DNA of 63,640 bases, the filler included, from Octopus bimaculoides (lineage: Eukaryota), in assembly GCF_001194135.2 (NCBI RefSeq). It is 5 parts of 4 records of this genome, joined end to end, with 100 filler letters (N's around TTAATTAATTAA, not from the genome) between each part and the next. Parts side by side here need not be neighbours in the genome. Positions count along the whole stretch, not along the records: positions 1 to 15,979 come from NC_069004.1; 4 more parts are not named here. The stretch is one strand, 5' to 3'. The notes beneath the pieces were generated by a model, which had not been told where the DNA came from, did not search any database, and saw only the letters and a program-made list of their open reading frames with translations. The position numbers were made by a program, and so were the translations under genes. Shown one piece after another: positions 1-11,458 of the stretch (position 1 is its first letter; the number at the start of each line of letters is the position of its first letter).

Positions 1-20
1 ATAATAATAATAATAATAAT

Positions 21-218
21 ATTACAAATATATATAACATACAGAAAATTGCACTACTGGGTACTGCACACATTCTACGCAAAACACTTTCAATACAGTA
101 AACATAAGAGCACCACAGCAAACCACAGCACATACCCAAGGCGCACAGAGCTGCGCTCGGTAGTGAAGTGAAAGCACGTTATAAAAATAAAACTACTGAA
201 CAATAATAATAATAATAA
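21..218 (+). mobile_element. 5'-truncated 3' end of an R4/Dong-clade (RLE) non-LTR retrotransposon embedded in (AAT)n
   Basis: 21-101 translates ITNIYNIQKIALLGTAHILRKTLSIQ*, matching the QK.xLLGTAxILRKxL C-terminus typical of R4/Dong ORFs. A short 3' UTR follows and (AAT)n flanks both sides. The same UTR recurs inverted at 12960-13052. Confidence 0.8.
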
Positions 219-219
219 T

Positions 220-480
220 CTGACCAGGCTTCGAAAACCGGATATTGTTGTGGATAATAAAAAAGAAAGAACATGTATGATAATGGACAGAGCACGCTGC
301 GGTGACATCAGAATCAATGTGAAAGAAGAAGAAATAAACAACTATGACGATTTGAAATGAGAAATACGAAGGTTGTGTGGTAAATGAGGAGAGTAGACGT
401 GATGCCAATAGTAATTGGTGCCCTTGGAAGTATCAGCGCTGAACTACCAATATGGCTAAAAACGATTGGGGCAAGAATTC
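220..480 (+). mobile_element. Second, diverged R4/Dong-type fragment (restriction-like endonuclease domain), pseudogenised
   Basis: Reads KPDIVVDNKKERTCMIMDRARCGDIRINVKEEEINNYDDLK*EIRRLCG, then after a frameshift VDVMPIVIGALGSISAELPIWLKTIG. This fits the PD..D..K RLE motif and the P(I/V)V(I/V)GALG motif. Confidence 0.75.
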
Positions 481-603
481 TTCGCCAATTAGATAGATCC
501 CAGTACGCAACTGATACTTAATTTAATGGCCCCCGAAAGGATGATAAATTAAGTATCGGTCCCAAAATAATGATAATAACGATTCCACCAGATCACCGCT
601 CTA

Positions 604-659
<56 letters not shown>

Positions 660-690
660 CATAATCATAATAATAATAATAATAATCATG

Positions 691-722
<32 letters not shown>

Positions 723-726
723 CATC

Positions 727-757
<31 letters not shown>
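604..757. repeat. (AAT)n microsatellite with CAT interruptions, running into an assembly gap
   Basis: Direct reading; explains the poly-N and poly-I ORFs. Confidence 0.95.
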
Positions 758-1654
758 NNNNNNNNNNNNNNNNNNNNNNNNNNNNNNNNNNNNNNNNNNN
801 NNNNNNNNNNNNNNNNNNNNNNNNNNNNNNNNNNNNNNNNNNNNNNNNNNNNNNNNNNNNNNNNNNNNNNNNNNNNNNNNNNNNNNNNNNNNNNNNNNNN
901 NNNNNNNNNNNNNNNNNNNNNNNNNNNNNNNNNNNNNNNNNNNNNNNNNNNNNNNNNNNNNNNNNNNNNNNNNNNNNNNNNNNNNNNNNNNNNNNNNNNN
1001 NNNNNNNNNNNNNNNNNNNNNNNNNNNNNNNNNNNNNNNNNNNNNNNNNNNNNNNNNNNNNNNNNNNNNNNNNNNNNNNNNNNNNNNNNNNNNNNNNNNN
1101 NNNNNNNNNNNNNNNNNNNNNNNNNNNNNNNNNNNNNNNNNNNNNNNNNNNNNNNNNNNNNNNNNNNNNNNNNNNNNNNNNNNNNNNNNNNNNNNNNNNN
1201 NNNNNNNNNNNNNNNNNNNNNNNNNNNNNNNNNNNNNNNNNNNNNNNNNNNNNNNNNNNNNNNNNNNNNNNNNNNNNNNNNNNNNNNNNNNNNNNNNNNN
1301 NNNNNNNNNNNNNNNNNNNNNNNNNNNNNNNNNNNNNNNNNNNNNNNNNNNNNNNNNNNNNNNNNNNNNNNNNNNNNNNNNNNNNNNNNNNNNNNNNNNN
1401 NNNNNNNNNNNNNNNNNNNNNNNNNNNNNNNNNNNNNNNNNNNNNNNNNNNNNNNNNNNNNNNNNNNNNNNNNNNNNNNNNNNNNNNNNNNNNNNNNNNN
1501 NNNNNNNNNNNNNNNNNNNNNNNNNNNNNNNNNNNNNNNNNNNNNNNNNNNNNNNNNNNNNNNNNNNNNNNNNNNNNNNNNNNNNNNNNNNNNNNNNNNN
1601 NNNNNNNNNNNNNNNNNNNTATATGTATGTAAAGGAAAATAATATTATTGGATT

Positions 1655-1693
<39 letters not shown>

Positions 1694-1719
1694 GTATATG
1701 TATATATTCTAATCTTGTA

Positions 1720-1990
1720 TTCTTATGCTTGTTTCATTCATTGGATTGCGGCCATGCTGAGGATATCGCCTGGAAGTGTTAAGCCGAGCAACTGAAGCCT
1801 CGTACTTGTGTATTCTTTTATTCGCTTTTTTTCTGGTACTTCAATAGGTTTCTTTTGCCGAGAGACAAACGCAAAGCAATCCACACATCCTTACACGTAC
1901 GCACGACGGGTTTCTGTACACTTATCCGTTTAGAAGATTCTCACACAAGGTATTAGTGGGCCCGAGTTCCCTAAGGTGTCACGGAATGGG
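1720..1990 (-). mobile_element. Degenerate SINE fragment (family B)
   Basis: Shares gcggccatgctg...tattcta...tttgccga...cttacacaagg blocks with the better copies at 38220-38580 and 44290-44680. Confidence 0.6.
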
Positions 1991-2722
1991 ACTAAACCAT
2001 ACAAATTTTCCTACCCCTTCATTTTATGGTATCTTTTTACGTAATAATAATTTCATAGGGTTAATAAACCTACTACGAATACTAGTATATTATGAAAGTT
2101 TATATTATCAGATACATAAAACAGATAAAAGAAAAGCGTTGTTTCCTTCGTCGGTTGACCATTTCTCTTTCACAAGAAACATTGTAGAAATCTCTCAAAC
2201 TAAAAGAAACCATTTCCACAGAAGTCACCTCTGTATATTATTGTCGTTTGTATTGTTTTTATCATTGTTGTTATTGTTATTGTAGTTCAGAGCCAGGACA
2301 GTCTTAATTGAACTATGCTGTTTCAATAAACAAAAGCGTTCGAGTCGTGACAATCAGGTTTTTATTGAGACATAGTGTATCCGCAGCTACGACATAAACC
2401 TGTCGATCACGATTTTATCATGTCATATCGTGTCTACGACTACATTATCAGACCTCACCTTCCTATTTTTAAAGCTATAACGTATAATATAAGGAGGATT
2501 TGGTTGTATTTTCTAGCAGATCACGTGAACACATATGGTCATTATGAGAGTCAAACTCCACACGTTACTGCTGCTGCTGTTGTTCTTTAATCCCAGGTCA
2601 GACCTGATCAACCGCACAACCACAAATATTTGAAAACCCTACAAGAATAGGTGCAACATATGATATATTAATAAAAATCTGTAAATGTACAACCATCCAG
2701 ATATCTGCATACCTTATTATTT

Positions 2723-2761
<39 letters not shown>

Positions 2762-3369
2762 CACACATACNNNNNNNNNNACATACATAAACACACATAC
2801 GCGCACACACACGTATATGACACTGAAATCCCTAACTCCAATATTTCTCCCTTAAATTGTTTCACCCATTAGAAAGTACCTACTGCGTATCCCGAGAATC
2901 ACCCATTATACCATTCTATATCAATAACAACAGATTATTCTATAATTAAATTAATAACAATGATTAAAATCTAAGAAGAACTAATGAATAATGATTCCTG
3001 TCGGCCAAAATTGCTTCTTTTGGTAAATTCGAAAGGCTTTTGTATTCGTGTATGGTTGACAGAAGAATTTCCCATATGCTTCTGCGTTCGCAATGATCTT
3101 AGGGGAGGAAGATAAATAAAAGAAAAAATTCGTTTCTCTTTTCTCAAAGACGAGCTTGTTTCGAAATGTTGGAATTAGAAACAACAGCAAAAACAACAAC
3201 CAATTTAGACTATGTTTACTATATGTGACAATCGGATGCAAAGAATGAATGTTTGGTTGTATTTTTAAATGGTGGTGCCAACGCTTAAATAATCTATTGG
3301 ATGAATGCAGATTGGGAAAAAACAAATTGAAAGGATTCTATTGAAATCGAAATGTAGTAAGATATATCC

Positions 3370-3985
3370 ATGTCGGAAATGATGACGGTGTTGCAAAGTG
3401 GGAGGAGAAGCACAGGAGGGAAGGTTAACACGGATGATGATGATGGCGATGGTGAGTGCAATGAAAGTGGCGACGGATGCTGCTGCTGCTGATGATGATG
3501 GTGATGAGGATGGTGATGATGGTGATGGTGATGATCATGTTGACGATGATGACAACGACAATGACAATGATGGTCTTGATAAGGATGATGATGATAGTGA
3601 TGATCATGATGGCGATGAGGACGGTGAAGTTGATGATCATCATAGGGATGATGATGATGATGATGATGACAATGAAGACGATGATAACGGTTAGAATAAC
3701 ATCGACCACAACGACGACGATGACGATGATGATGATGAAGATGTCGATGACGATGATGACGAAGGTAACGATGAGGATAATGATGATGATAAGGATTATG
3801 TTGATGATGACAGCTACGACGATGACGATGACGACAACACGGTGATGACGTCGAGGATGAGGATGACAATGATGATGATGATTATGACGTCGATGTTGAC
3901 AATGATAACGATGGCAATGATGATGATGATGACGAGGATGAAAAGGAGGAGGAAAAGGAAAAGGACGAAGATGATGATCCAATAT
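3370..3985. repeat. Degenerate (GAT/GAC)n trinucleotide low-complexity tract
   Basis: Direct reading; generates the Asp-, Met-, His- and Ile-rich ORFs in several frames. Confidence 0.9.
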
Positions 3986-4129
3986 AGGAATCAAGACAAT
4001 GGTAGAAGGAAGGAAGTTAAGGTACAAAAAATGATCAGAATATCTACGGAAGACATTTTGTTTTACAAGATTTTATTATCGGATGCTGTTTATCTCTCAA
4101 AGAAATGGGAAGCACCTCACCCCCACTCA

Positions 4130-4990
4130 CTCACTTTCGGGTAACAGCGAGCACTGAACAGTGTTTATATGGGGCATTCGCGGAAATAAAATACGAACAG
4201 TACAACCGGCATTTCGTGTCCCCTATAGAACTACTGATACACGTATATGCGTGCCTTCGGTGTTCCATTAATAATTTCTGTCCGTTTTCATTTCTAAAGG
4301 TGTTTAGACAGCGATGAAGCGTTTTCAAGGTATCGGTTGTGGAACAGTCTGCTCAGTTTGCGCAGATATTACTACATAGGTTCAGTAGCCTTGTTCTTTA
4401 TGAGACCAATGAAACTGTTGGAAGTGTTGTTAGAAGAACTATAGGCAGGATATGATGTTACTTGTGATACATTTCATTTTCATTGCCCGTCGATACTTTT
4501 TTCTGATGCAAACGTAGGACACTCATACTTTGGTTCATTATGATGGTGGACGTGTTCTACGTGCAATACAAGCTAAGCACTAGTTCTGATAAAACAGCTT
4601 GGTGAATTGTTTGCTCCTCAGAAATTTCTTGCTGACAGGAGAAAGAAATATTTTCCCTAGACTTCCTACTGTTAACATTCCATGGTGGATTAAACCATAC
4701 AAAACTACAAAAAACGTGCAGGTGGAGTGCTTTTTGTTTGTTCCTGACAAGAACTAGATTTCGACTGTCAAATTACATTACGTCGGATATTATCAGCAGG
4801 AAGTCAATTATGTTAGCCCCCTCGTATTTTCAAAGCGATCTAAGTGGCAAGAACCTCTATATCACAGAGATAATTCGCAACAGTCACTAAACCTACCCAA
4901 CTCTCTAGAAAAGACGAAAAGTGTTCATGTTTATATAAAGATATTGGGGTGTGGAAAAGTTACAGCGGATTACGTTAAAAGAAACCCCAC
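4130..4990 (-). mobile_element. Decayed Penelope-like retroelement (RT thumb to GIY-YIG endonuclease region)
   Basis: Minus-strand pieces YLYINMN, VWFNPPWNVN, FIGLIKNK, LENASSLSKHL and RHAYTC..KCRL occur in the expected order. They resemble the PLE motifs LYIN..SNHPP, WFNPP, YIG.T, ST.LSK..W and C.LC. Many stops and frameshifts. Confidence 0.75.
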
Positions 4991-5619
4991 CGCTTATTTA
5001 TTAAGAAAAAAATTATGTACACGTGCAGTTATACACATACATCGATATATATTCTATTACTACTATGCTCGTTGAAACTGCATGTATATAATATATGAAG
5101 TGTGCATAATGTATAAACTATTTCATATATGTCGGCTCGTGTATGAAAGAACGCGATTATTTATATACAAAAAAAGCATGCACACGTGTCTACCAACGGC
5201 CAAACATGACTTCACTACATCTCTAATGGTATGCATGACAAGGCAGGGTCTGCAAATCGGTGCAGAGTAAATATTATTAAGGGCCTTGTTCGCAAATGCC
5301 CAATTCTTTGAGTTTTTCTCCTTTACTCCTTTTTTCTTTACTCACTGGCCAAATCCCTAATCATGTACTTAAGTATGTATATGCGTATATATATCTATGC
5401 GCATATATATATGTATAATATATATATAATATATATACATACATAAGTATGCATATATATATATATATATATATACATTTAATTCACTCACATACATGTA
5501 TAATCATACACACGAAAATATATATCACGATATATTTATTGTACTTATGTGTTAGTATATACAATTACATATATGTAGAATTAATAGTGTGTATAATTAG
5601 TTACGCTCAATACATAATT

Positions 5620-5900
5620 CGTTGCTATGTCTTCTTATATGTTTTTCATCTTGGGATAACTACACTTCGGACACATCTCATTTGGCTGTGACACAACATC
5701 CTCTTATAATATAAGCTCGTTTAGTTGTTCTTATTGACGTGGTCGTTGTGGCTATTGATTCCAAACTCGGCTGTCATGGAGCCATAACCAACGACATTCC
5801 AAATGTGACCACTTACGCTTTCTGTTTCTTTTTTCTTTCTTTTTCAGGAGTAGTGTAATCACAGCATTGATAGCATCCTCCGATGCAATGTTTAGCAGTT
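5620..5900 (-). mobile_element. Possible decayed 5' part of a PIF/Harbinger-type transposase
   Basis: AINAVITLLLKKKEKRNRKRKW...W followed in frame, through stops, by QLNELIL*ED...EMCPKC and IATNYVLS. This resembles the hydrophobic helix-basic run-W, LLxELRxED, RMSxE and xDTxMR pattern of Harbinger transposase N-termini. Weak similarity, judged by eye. Confidence 0.35.
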
Positions 5901-5992
5901 CCAGTGGCTTTGGGAGCACCGAAATATGACAGCTGTACACAGATACTCCAGTCTATCGTTCAATCAAATTTTTACATTTCTATGTGCGTATA

Positions 5993-6043
<51 letters not shown>

Positions 6044-6081
6044 NNNNNNNNNNNNNNNNNNNNNNNNNNNNNNNNNNNNNN

Positions 6082-6129
<48 letters not shown>

Positions 6130-6545
6130 CATACATATATATATATTTATATCTAAACATATATATATATACACATCTACATATGATATATGATGAGTGC
6201 AATATTTTGTGCGTATTTGAATATCTACAGAAATACACGAATATATATACATGTAATTTATAAGGTATGTATGTATGTACTAGCAATTTTCTATTTATTA
6301 CTACTCTGCTTTTCAGATATAAGTGAAGAACATTATATAAAACATATATACACATACAGACTCTTATATATTTTTTTCTCCTCTCATGTGCTTCCAAGCG
6401 TGCACACACACACACACCCATATATATATATATAATTATACATACATATATATATATGCTTAATTCTTAATTAAGTTTTTTCTTCTTATACATTTGTTGT
6501 ATATGCGTATGATATTATTCATATATATGCATTACAAATACATAC

Positions 6546-6590
<45 letters not shown>

Positions 6591-6803
6591 CTACACACAA
6601 GCACAATTACACATATATATACGATGGTAGCTATGTATGTATAAATGCACAAATATTGTTGCGTGTGTATATAAAGAAATCTAAGCTACGCAGATTACAG
6701 CAAGAATAAAAGAGATCAATAATTAGACATACGTCCCCTGTCATTAACATCTAGCGCCATAGTTTATCACGTCAGCCATATCAATATATATATATATATA
6801 CAC

Positions 6804-6889
<86 letters not shown>

Positions 6890-7298
6890 GCATATATACA
6901 CCTACCCACACACATATATGTATGTATGCCTTTCTAACTATACATATATTCGAATTATCATCTCTACCAATGCAGCACCAACGCACACTATGTCGTGTTT
7001 GGCGGACATTTTCTCTTTCTCTCATGAATATCAATTTTGTCGTTTATCCGATATTATTGTAATTTTAGTAATCGTGGTTTTATGGCGTTTCTTTTCACTG
7101 CACAATCGAAAGCACTTCTGTGTACCTGGGATACTTAACTGTTATTTTGTTTTTAGTTTTTTTGCATTTTTATTTTTCTATTATACCGAATGTTCTAGTA
7201 AATAACATACGTTGACATACACATTCGTATATATATCTATTCATATATACATATATCTATATATTTATACGTGCATATATATATATATATTCATGCCA

Positions 7299-7330
<32 letters not shown>

Positions 7331-7475
7331 CATAGTAAGTATCTAGTGGTGTAATATTCTTACTGTATGTGCTTTTACGTGCACAAATCCTGATATTTTG
7401 GTCTATTTATCTGTCTATCTATCAATCTATCTATATGTATATATATATCTGCTGTAGCTTTCTTTAACATTTATT

Positions 7476-7565
<90 letters not shown>

Positions 7566-8084
7566 NNNNNNNNNNNNNNNNNNNNNNNNNNNNNNNNNNN
7601 NNNNNNNNNNNNNNNNNNNNNNNNNNNNNNNNNNNNNNNNNNNNNNNNNNNNNNNNNNNNNNNNNNNNNNNNNNNNNNNNNNNNNNNNNNNNNNNNNNNN
7701 NNNNNNNNNNNNNNNNNNNNNNNNNNNNNNNNNNNNNNNNNNNNNNNNNNNNNNNNNNNNNNNNNNNNNNNNNNNNNNNNNNNNNNNNNNNNNNNNNNNN
7801 NNNNNNNNNNNNNNNNNNNNNNNNNNNNNNNNNNNNNNNNNNNNNNNNNNNNNNNNNNNNNNNNNNNNNNNNNNNNNNNNNNNNNNNNNNNNNNNNNNNN
7901 NNNNNNNNNNNNNNNNNNNNNNNNNNNNNNNNNNNNNNNNNNNNNNNNNNNNNNNNNNNNNNNNNNNNNNNNNNNTCTTTACATTATCTCAAGACTCCCA
8001 TTTTCATGTGGGTATTGCTTCTGTTTCTAACCCACCCATACTCAGTCGCACCTACCTGTATTTCCAGGTTATTTTATCATAATC

Positions 8085-8170
8085 CTCACCATCATTATTA
8101 TCAATATTGTTATTATTATTATTTATTATTATTATTATCACTATCATTACTATTATCACCATTGTTGTTG

Positions 8171-8234
<64 letters not shown>

Positions 8235-8250
8235 CATTATTATTATTATT
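8085..8250. repeat. (ATT)n/(GTT)n microsatellite
   Basis: Direct reading. Confidence 0.95.
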
Positions 8251-8338
8251 AACAAGCGTATTATTGTTTCTTTTCGCTTCTAAATTTTGCATTTTATTCA
8301 TGAAACTTTTTTTCGATGAACACTTTCATTAACAGTGT

Positions 8339-10041
8339 CATGACCAAAGAAAAAAAAGTACCGTCCACATATATGTATTCAAAGTTTTATTTCTGTACTC
8401 CAATACGTTGTCCCTTTCCATCCGTTCCCCGCCCCACCACTTTATCAACATCAAACCCTCCAAATCTCTGGATGTTGCTCATTTACAGCTTAAAAAAAAT
8501 TCATAAAGAACCAAAACAAATTTTATTCTTTTTACCCCAATATCTTGTCCCATTTTCCCCTCCATCAACATTACCATATTTTCTTATTTATAGCCAAGAA
8601 AAATATAAACACACATAACCAGAGATATATTTCTTATTCCAAACCGTTGTTCGATCCCCCTACTTTCTCTTTATCAGCATATCAGGGCTCCCGGCTTTGC
8701 CCATTGGTAGATAAAAAGAAGATAAAATGCGTGACTAGTTTAATTTTTACTCCAAAATGTTTTCCCATTTTTTCCCCGTTTTCTCAACATCAACAGTGAA
8801 GTGTAAAATTCTTTGCCCACTTATAATTAAAAAGAAGACGACACACGAGACAAAAGATTCCTTTTTACCCCAAAACGTTGCTCCATTTCTCAGTTCCTTT
8901 TGACCCTTTTTCTCATTCCTAAAAACTCATCATTATCCCTGCTATTCCTATTTATAGTTAAAAACAAGATAAACAAACATGGCCAAAGTTATATTCCTCA
9001 TTCCAAAATGTTGCCCCATTATCTTCCCTTTTCTTTACCTCAACATATCAAAGTTCCCGGCTTTTCCAGCCCCAAAACTCCGACCCATTTTTTTTCCTTT
9101 TTATCATCAACACATAAGAGTCACCATCTTTGCCCATTTATAGTTAAAAATGAAAACAACNNNNNNNNNNNNNNNNNNNNNNNNNNNNNNNNNNNNNNNN
9201 NNNNNNNNNNNNNNNNNNNNNNNNNNNNNNNNNNNNNNNNNNNNNNNCATGAACAAAGTTTTATTGCTCTTTCTAAAACGTTGTCCTATTTTGCCCTCTT
9301 TTCTCGGTATCAATGCATCAAAATCTCTTCCAAAACACCGTCTCGTTTTTCTATTTTCAACAAGTCTCCATTATGAATGGGTTTTCTCATTTATAACTAA
9401 AAGGAATTTAAGCACATAACAAAGTTTATTTCTCACTCCAAAATGTTGTCCCATTTTGCCCCTTTTAATCATTGACACGCAAGAATCTCTGCCTTTTCCC
9501 CACTGAAAGCTAAAAAGAATATGAACACACACGAGCAAAGATTAATTTCTCATTCCAAAACGTTGTCCCATTTTACCCCCTTTCTCAATATCAACACATC
9601 AGGAGCTCTAATTTTGCTCACTCCAAAGCACTGTCCCCTTTTCTTTCCCTTTCTCAACATCAATTCAACATTATTCACAGCTTTACTCATTTATAGCTAA
9701 AAACAATATAAAAACACATGAGCAAAGACGTATTTCATATTCCAAAACGTTGTCCCATTTTATCACCTTTTCTCGATATCAACACATCAGAAATTCTTCT
9801 AATTTTTCTCATTCCAAAACGCCGTCCCGCTTTTTTCTTTTTCAACATCAAATCACCATTATCTATGGTTTTTTTTTCTCATTTATAGCTAAAAATATTA
9901 TAAACACACATGACCTAAGGTTTATTTCTCATTCGAAAACGTTGTCCCATTTTTTCCCCCACCTTTTCTTAACATCAACCTATCAGTATCCCTGGCTTTG
10001 CTCGTTTATAGCTAAAAAGAAGATTACACACATGACCAAAG
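8339..10041 (-). repeat. Degenerate tandem array (~105-135 bp units plus half-units) whose first unit is the end of the CD225 CDS
   Basis: Recurring plus-strand block CATGACCAAAG-TTTATTTCTCATTCCAAAACGTTGTCCCATTTT...ATCAACA...CATTTATAGCTAAAAAGAATATAAACACA. Unit anchors lie near 10041, 9919, 9727, 9540, 9424, 9258, 8988, 8856, 8737, 8624, 8520 and 8384/8349. Confidence 0.9.
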
Positions 10042-10765
10042 CGGCTGTGGTAGCAATGCCGAGCAGACTGATGACCATCGATGTTCGTGAGTGACATTTG
10101 GCTTTCTTTTTCTTACCCTCCTTGAACGCCGATCCTGCCATTAATGAGAACATAGTAGCCAGCAGACCAAACGGCAGATTGAAACAGAAGAGCACAAAAA
10201 GGGAGAGCACCAGGTTAGTGTCACGAATTTCCGGTTCTCTGGAATTTTTGCGACCTTTCTTGGTGCTCACGTCCTTCGTCGGTTGGACGATGGTGACTTT
10301 GTAGTTTTTGTTTTTTGTAGTCTTCTTCTTCTTCTTTGATTTTTTATTATCACAGTCATTATTATTTTGGCCTACCCCTGCCATGTCGACACTAATGCCG
10401 GAAATACCACCAACGTTGTCGTCACTATCTTCACACCCACCACATCCGCCACCACCACTGCAACCACTGCAGCCACCACTGCCACCACCACCACCACCTC
10501 CTCCTCCTCCTCCTCCTCCACTTCCGCTTCCACCAGCACCTCCATCTCCGATTCTACCACTTCCTCCGCCCCCGCCGCATCCACCTCTCAGTTCACATTC
10601 CTCTCCGACACATTCCTCTCCACAGTCCGCAATCACTAAGTTACACTCGTAGTCGTCCGGAAGTAGCTTCTCACATTTATCATCCAATGGTATACTAGAA
10701 AAAGATATGACGTCATAATCGCTTTCTGACAATGGCTTTTTCTCTGGACTTAGTTCTTGATCCAT
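9983..10765 (-). CDS. CD225/dispanin-family membrane protein (SYNDIG1/PRRT1/TMEM91/TRARG1-like), 260 aa from the in-exon ATG
   Basis: Intact, GC-rich 260-codon ORF. The C-terminus RDTNLVLSLFVLFCFNLPFGLLATMFSLMAGSAFKEGKKKKAKCHSRTSMVISLLGIATTAALVMCVIFF fits the CD225 pattern (LSxF..C...PxG..A...S......G....A...S followed by a TM helix). There is a splice acceptor at 10808-10810 and AATAAA at 9921-9926. Confidence 0.88.
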   Translation of the reverse strand: MDQELSPEKKPLSESDYDVISFSSIPLDDKCEKLLPDDYECNLVIADCGEECVGEECELRGGCGGGGGSGRIGDGGAGGSGSGGGGGGGGGGGGGSGGCSGCSGGGGCGGCEDSDDNVGGISGISVDMAGVGQNNNDCDNKKSKKKKKTTKNKNYKVTIVQPTKDVSTKKGRKNSREPEIRDTNLVLSLFVLFCFNLPFGLLATMFSLMAGSAFKEGKKKKAKCHSRTSMVISLLGIATTAALVMCVIFFLAINEQSQGY

Positions 10766-11049
10766 CTTTGTCGAGATTCGAACCTGTGAAACCTTCTTTC
10801 ACCTCAACTGAAATTTAGAAAGCTAATGCATTCAACTCTTGCTGATGATAAAATAATCAGGTCTCTCTGGTTTATTACTGGTCTCTCTCTATAATCCATA
10901 TATGTATATATATATATGCATATAGCATATATTATCGCATCCGAACAATTAAACGTATTTTATACATCCGTGAAATGCAGACGGAAATAAAGAAGACCTA
11001 AATGAAAGGGCTAATATAAATACATACATAGGTACGTATTTATATTGAT

Positions 11050-11117
<68 letters not shown>

Positions 11118-11207
11118 TCTGTCTTTTTATAAATTCTCGTTATTAGCGTTTATGTTGCCAATATTCTTCATAAATTGCGATCTTCAAGCTTCACTTCTTT
11201 TCTTTAC

Positions 11208-11227
11208 CTTCATCTGGTCCGCCATTT
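11208..11227 (-). other. Candidate 20-nt micro-exon of the CD225 gene (contains ATG GCG GAC CAG ATG AAG)
   Basis: Minus strand reads GTGTTTTTTTTTTATATTTTCAG|AAATGGCGGACCAGATGAAG|GTAAAG: a strong polypyrimidine acceptor, a GT donor, and a GC-richer exon 400 bp upstream of the main exon. Confidence 0.55.
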
Positions 11228-11400
11228 CTGAAAATATAAAAAAAAAACACGTAAATAATACTGCATATAGACATATACCAAAAAGAAGGACAAACAAAAG
11301 ACATTAAGTCCAACAATTTAGTGGCGGGTGGGCGGATGGGTAACGTTGGTTACATCGTGCTCGTTTCTCGTCATGGTACTTGTTTTGCTGAACCTCAGAG

Positions 11401-11458
11401 GTCTGGGAATCGAAACCGCGAGTCCGCTGCCTTAACCACTGGGCCATTGCGCCTCCAC
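11401..11458 (-). mobile_element. tRNA-derived head of SINE family C (truncated, internal deletion)
   Basis: Reverse complement GGAGGCGCAATGGCCCAGTGGTTAAGGCAGCGGACTCGCGGTTTCGATTCCCAGAC contains Pol III A and B boxes and matches the head of 11948-12334. Confidence 0.85.

Noticed and set aside
570-1658. Long ORFs spanning N runs (also 26943-27647, 28423-29309, 36360-37168, 40498-41203, 56360-56768 and others)
   Set aside because: Open only because N codons contain no stops; flanks are microsatellites.
3294-4144. His-, Asp-, Met- and Ile-rich ORFs (up to 200 aa) in several frames
   Set aside because: All are translations of one degenerate GAT/GAC tract, with no non-repetitive domain or credible splice context.
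5848-5930. Plus-strand terminal exon SSVITALIASSDAMFSSSSGFGSTEI* after a polypyrimidine tract
   Set aside because: The tract is the reverse complement of the Lys-rich codons of the minus-strand reading, and no upstream partner exon was found.
10098-10652. Plus-strand and alternate-frame ORFs (Pro-rich, Thr/Ser-rich)
   Set aside because: Shadows of the Gly-rich CD225 CDS.
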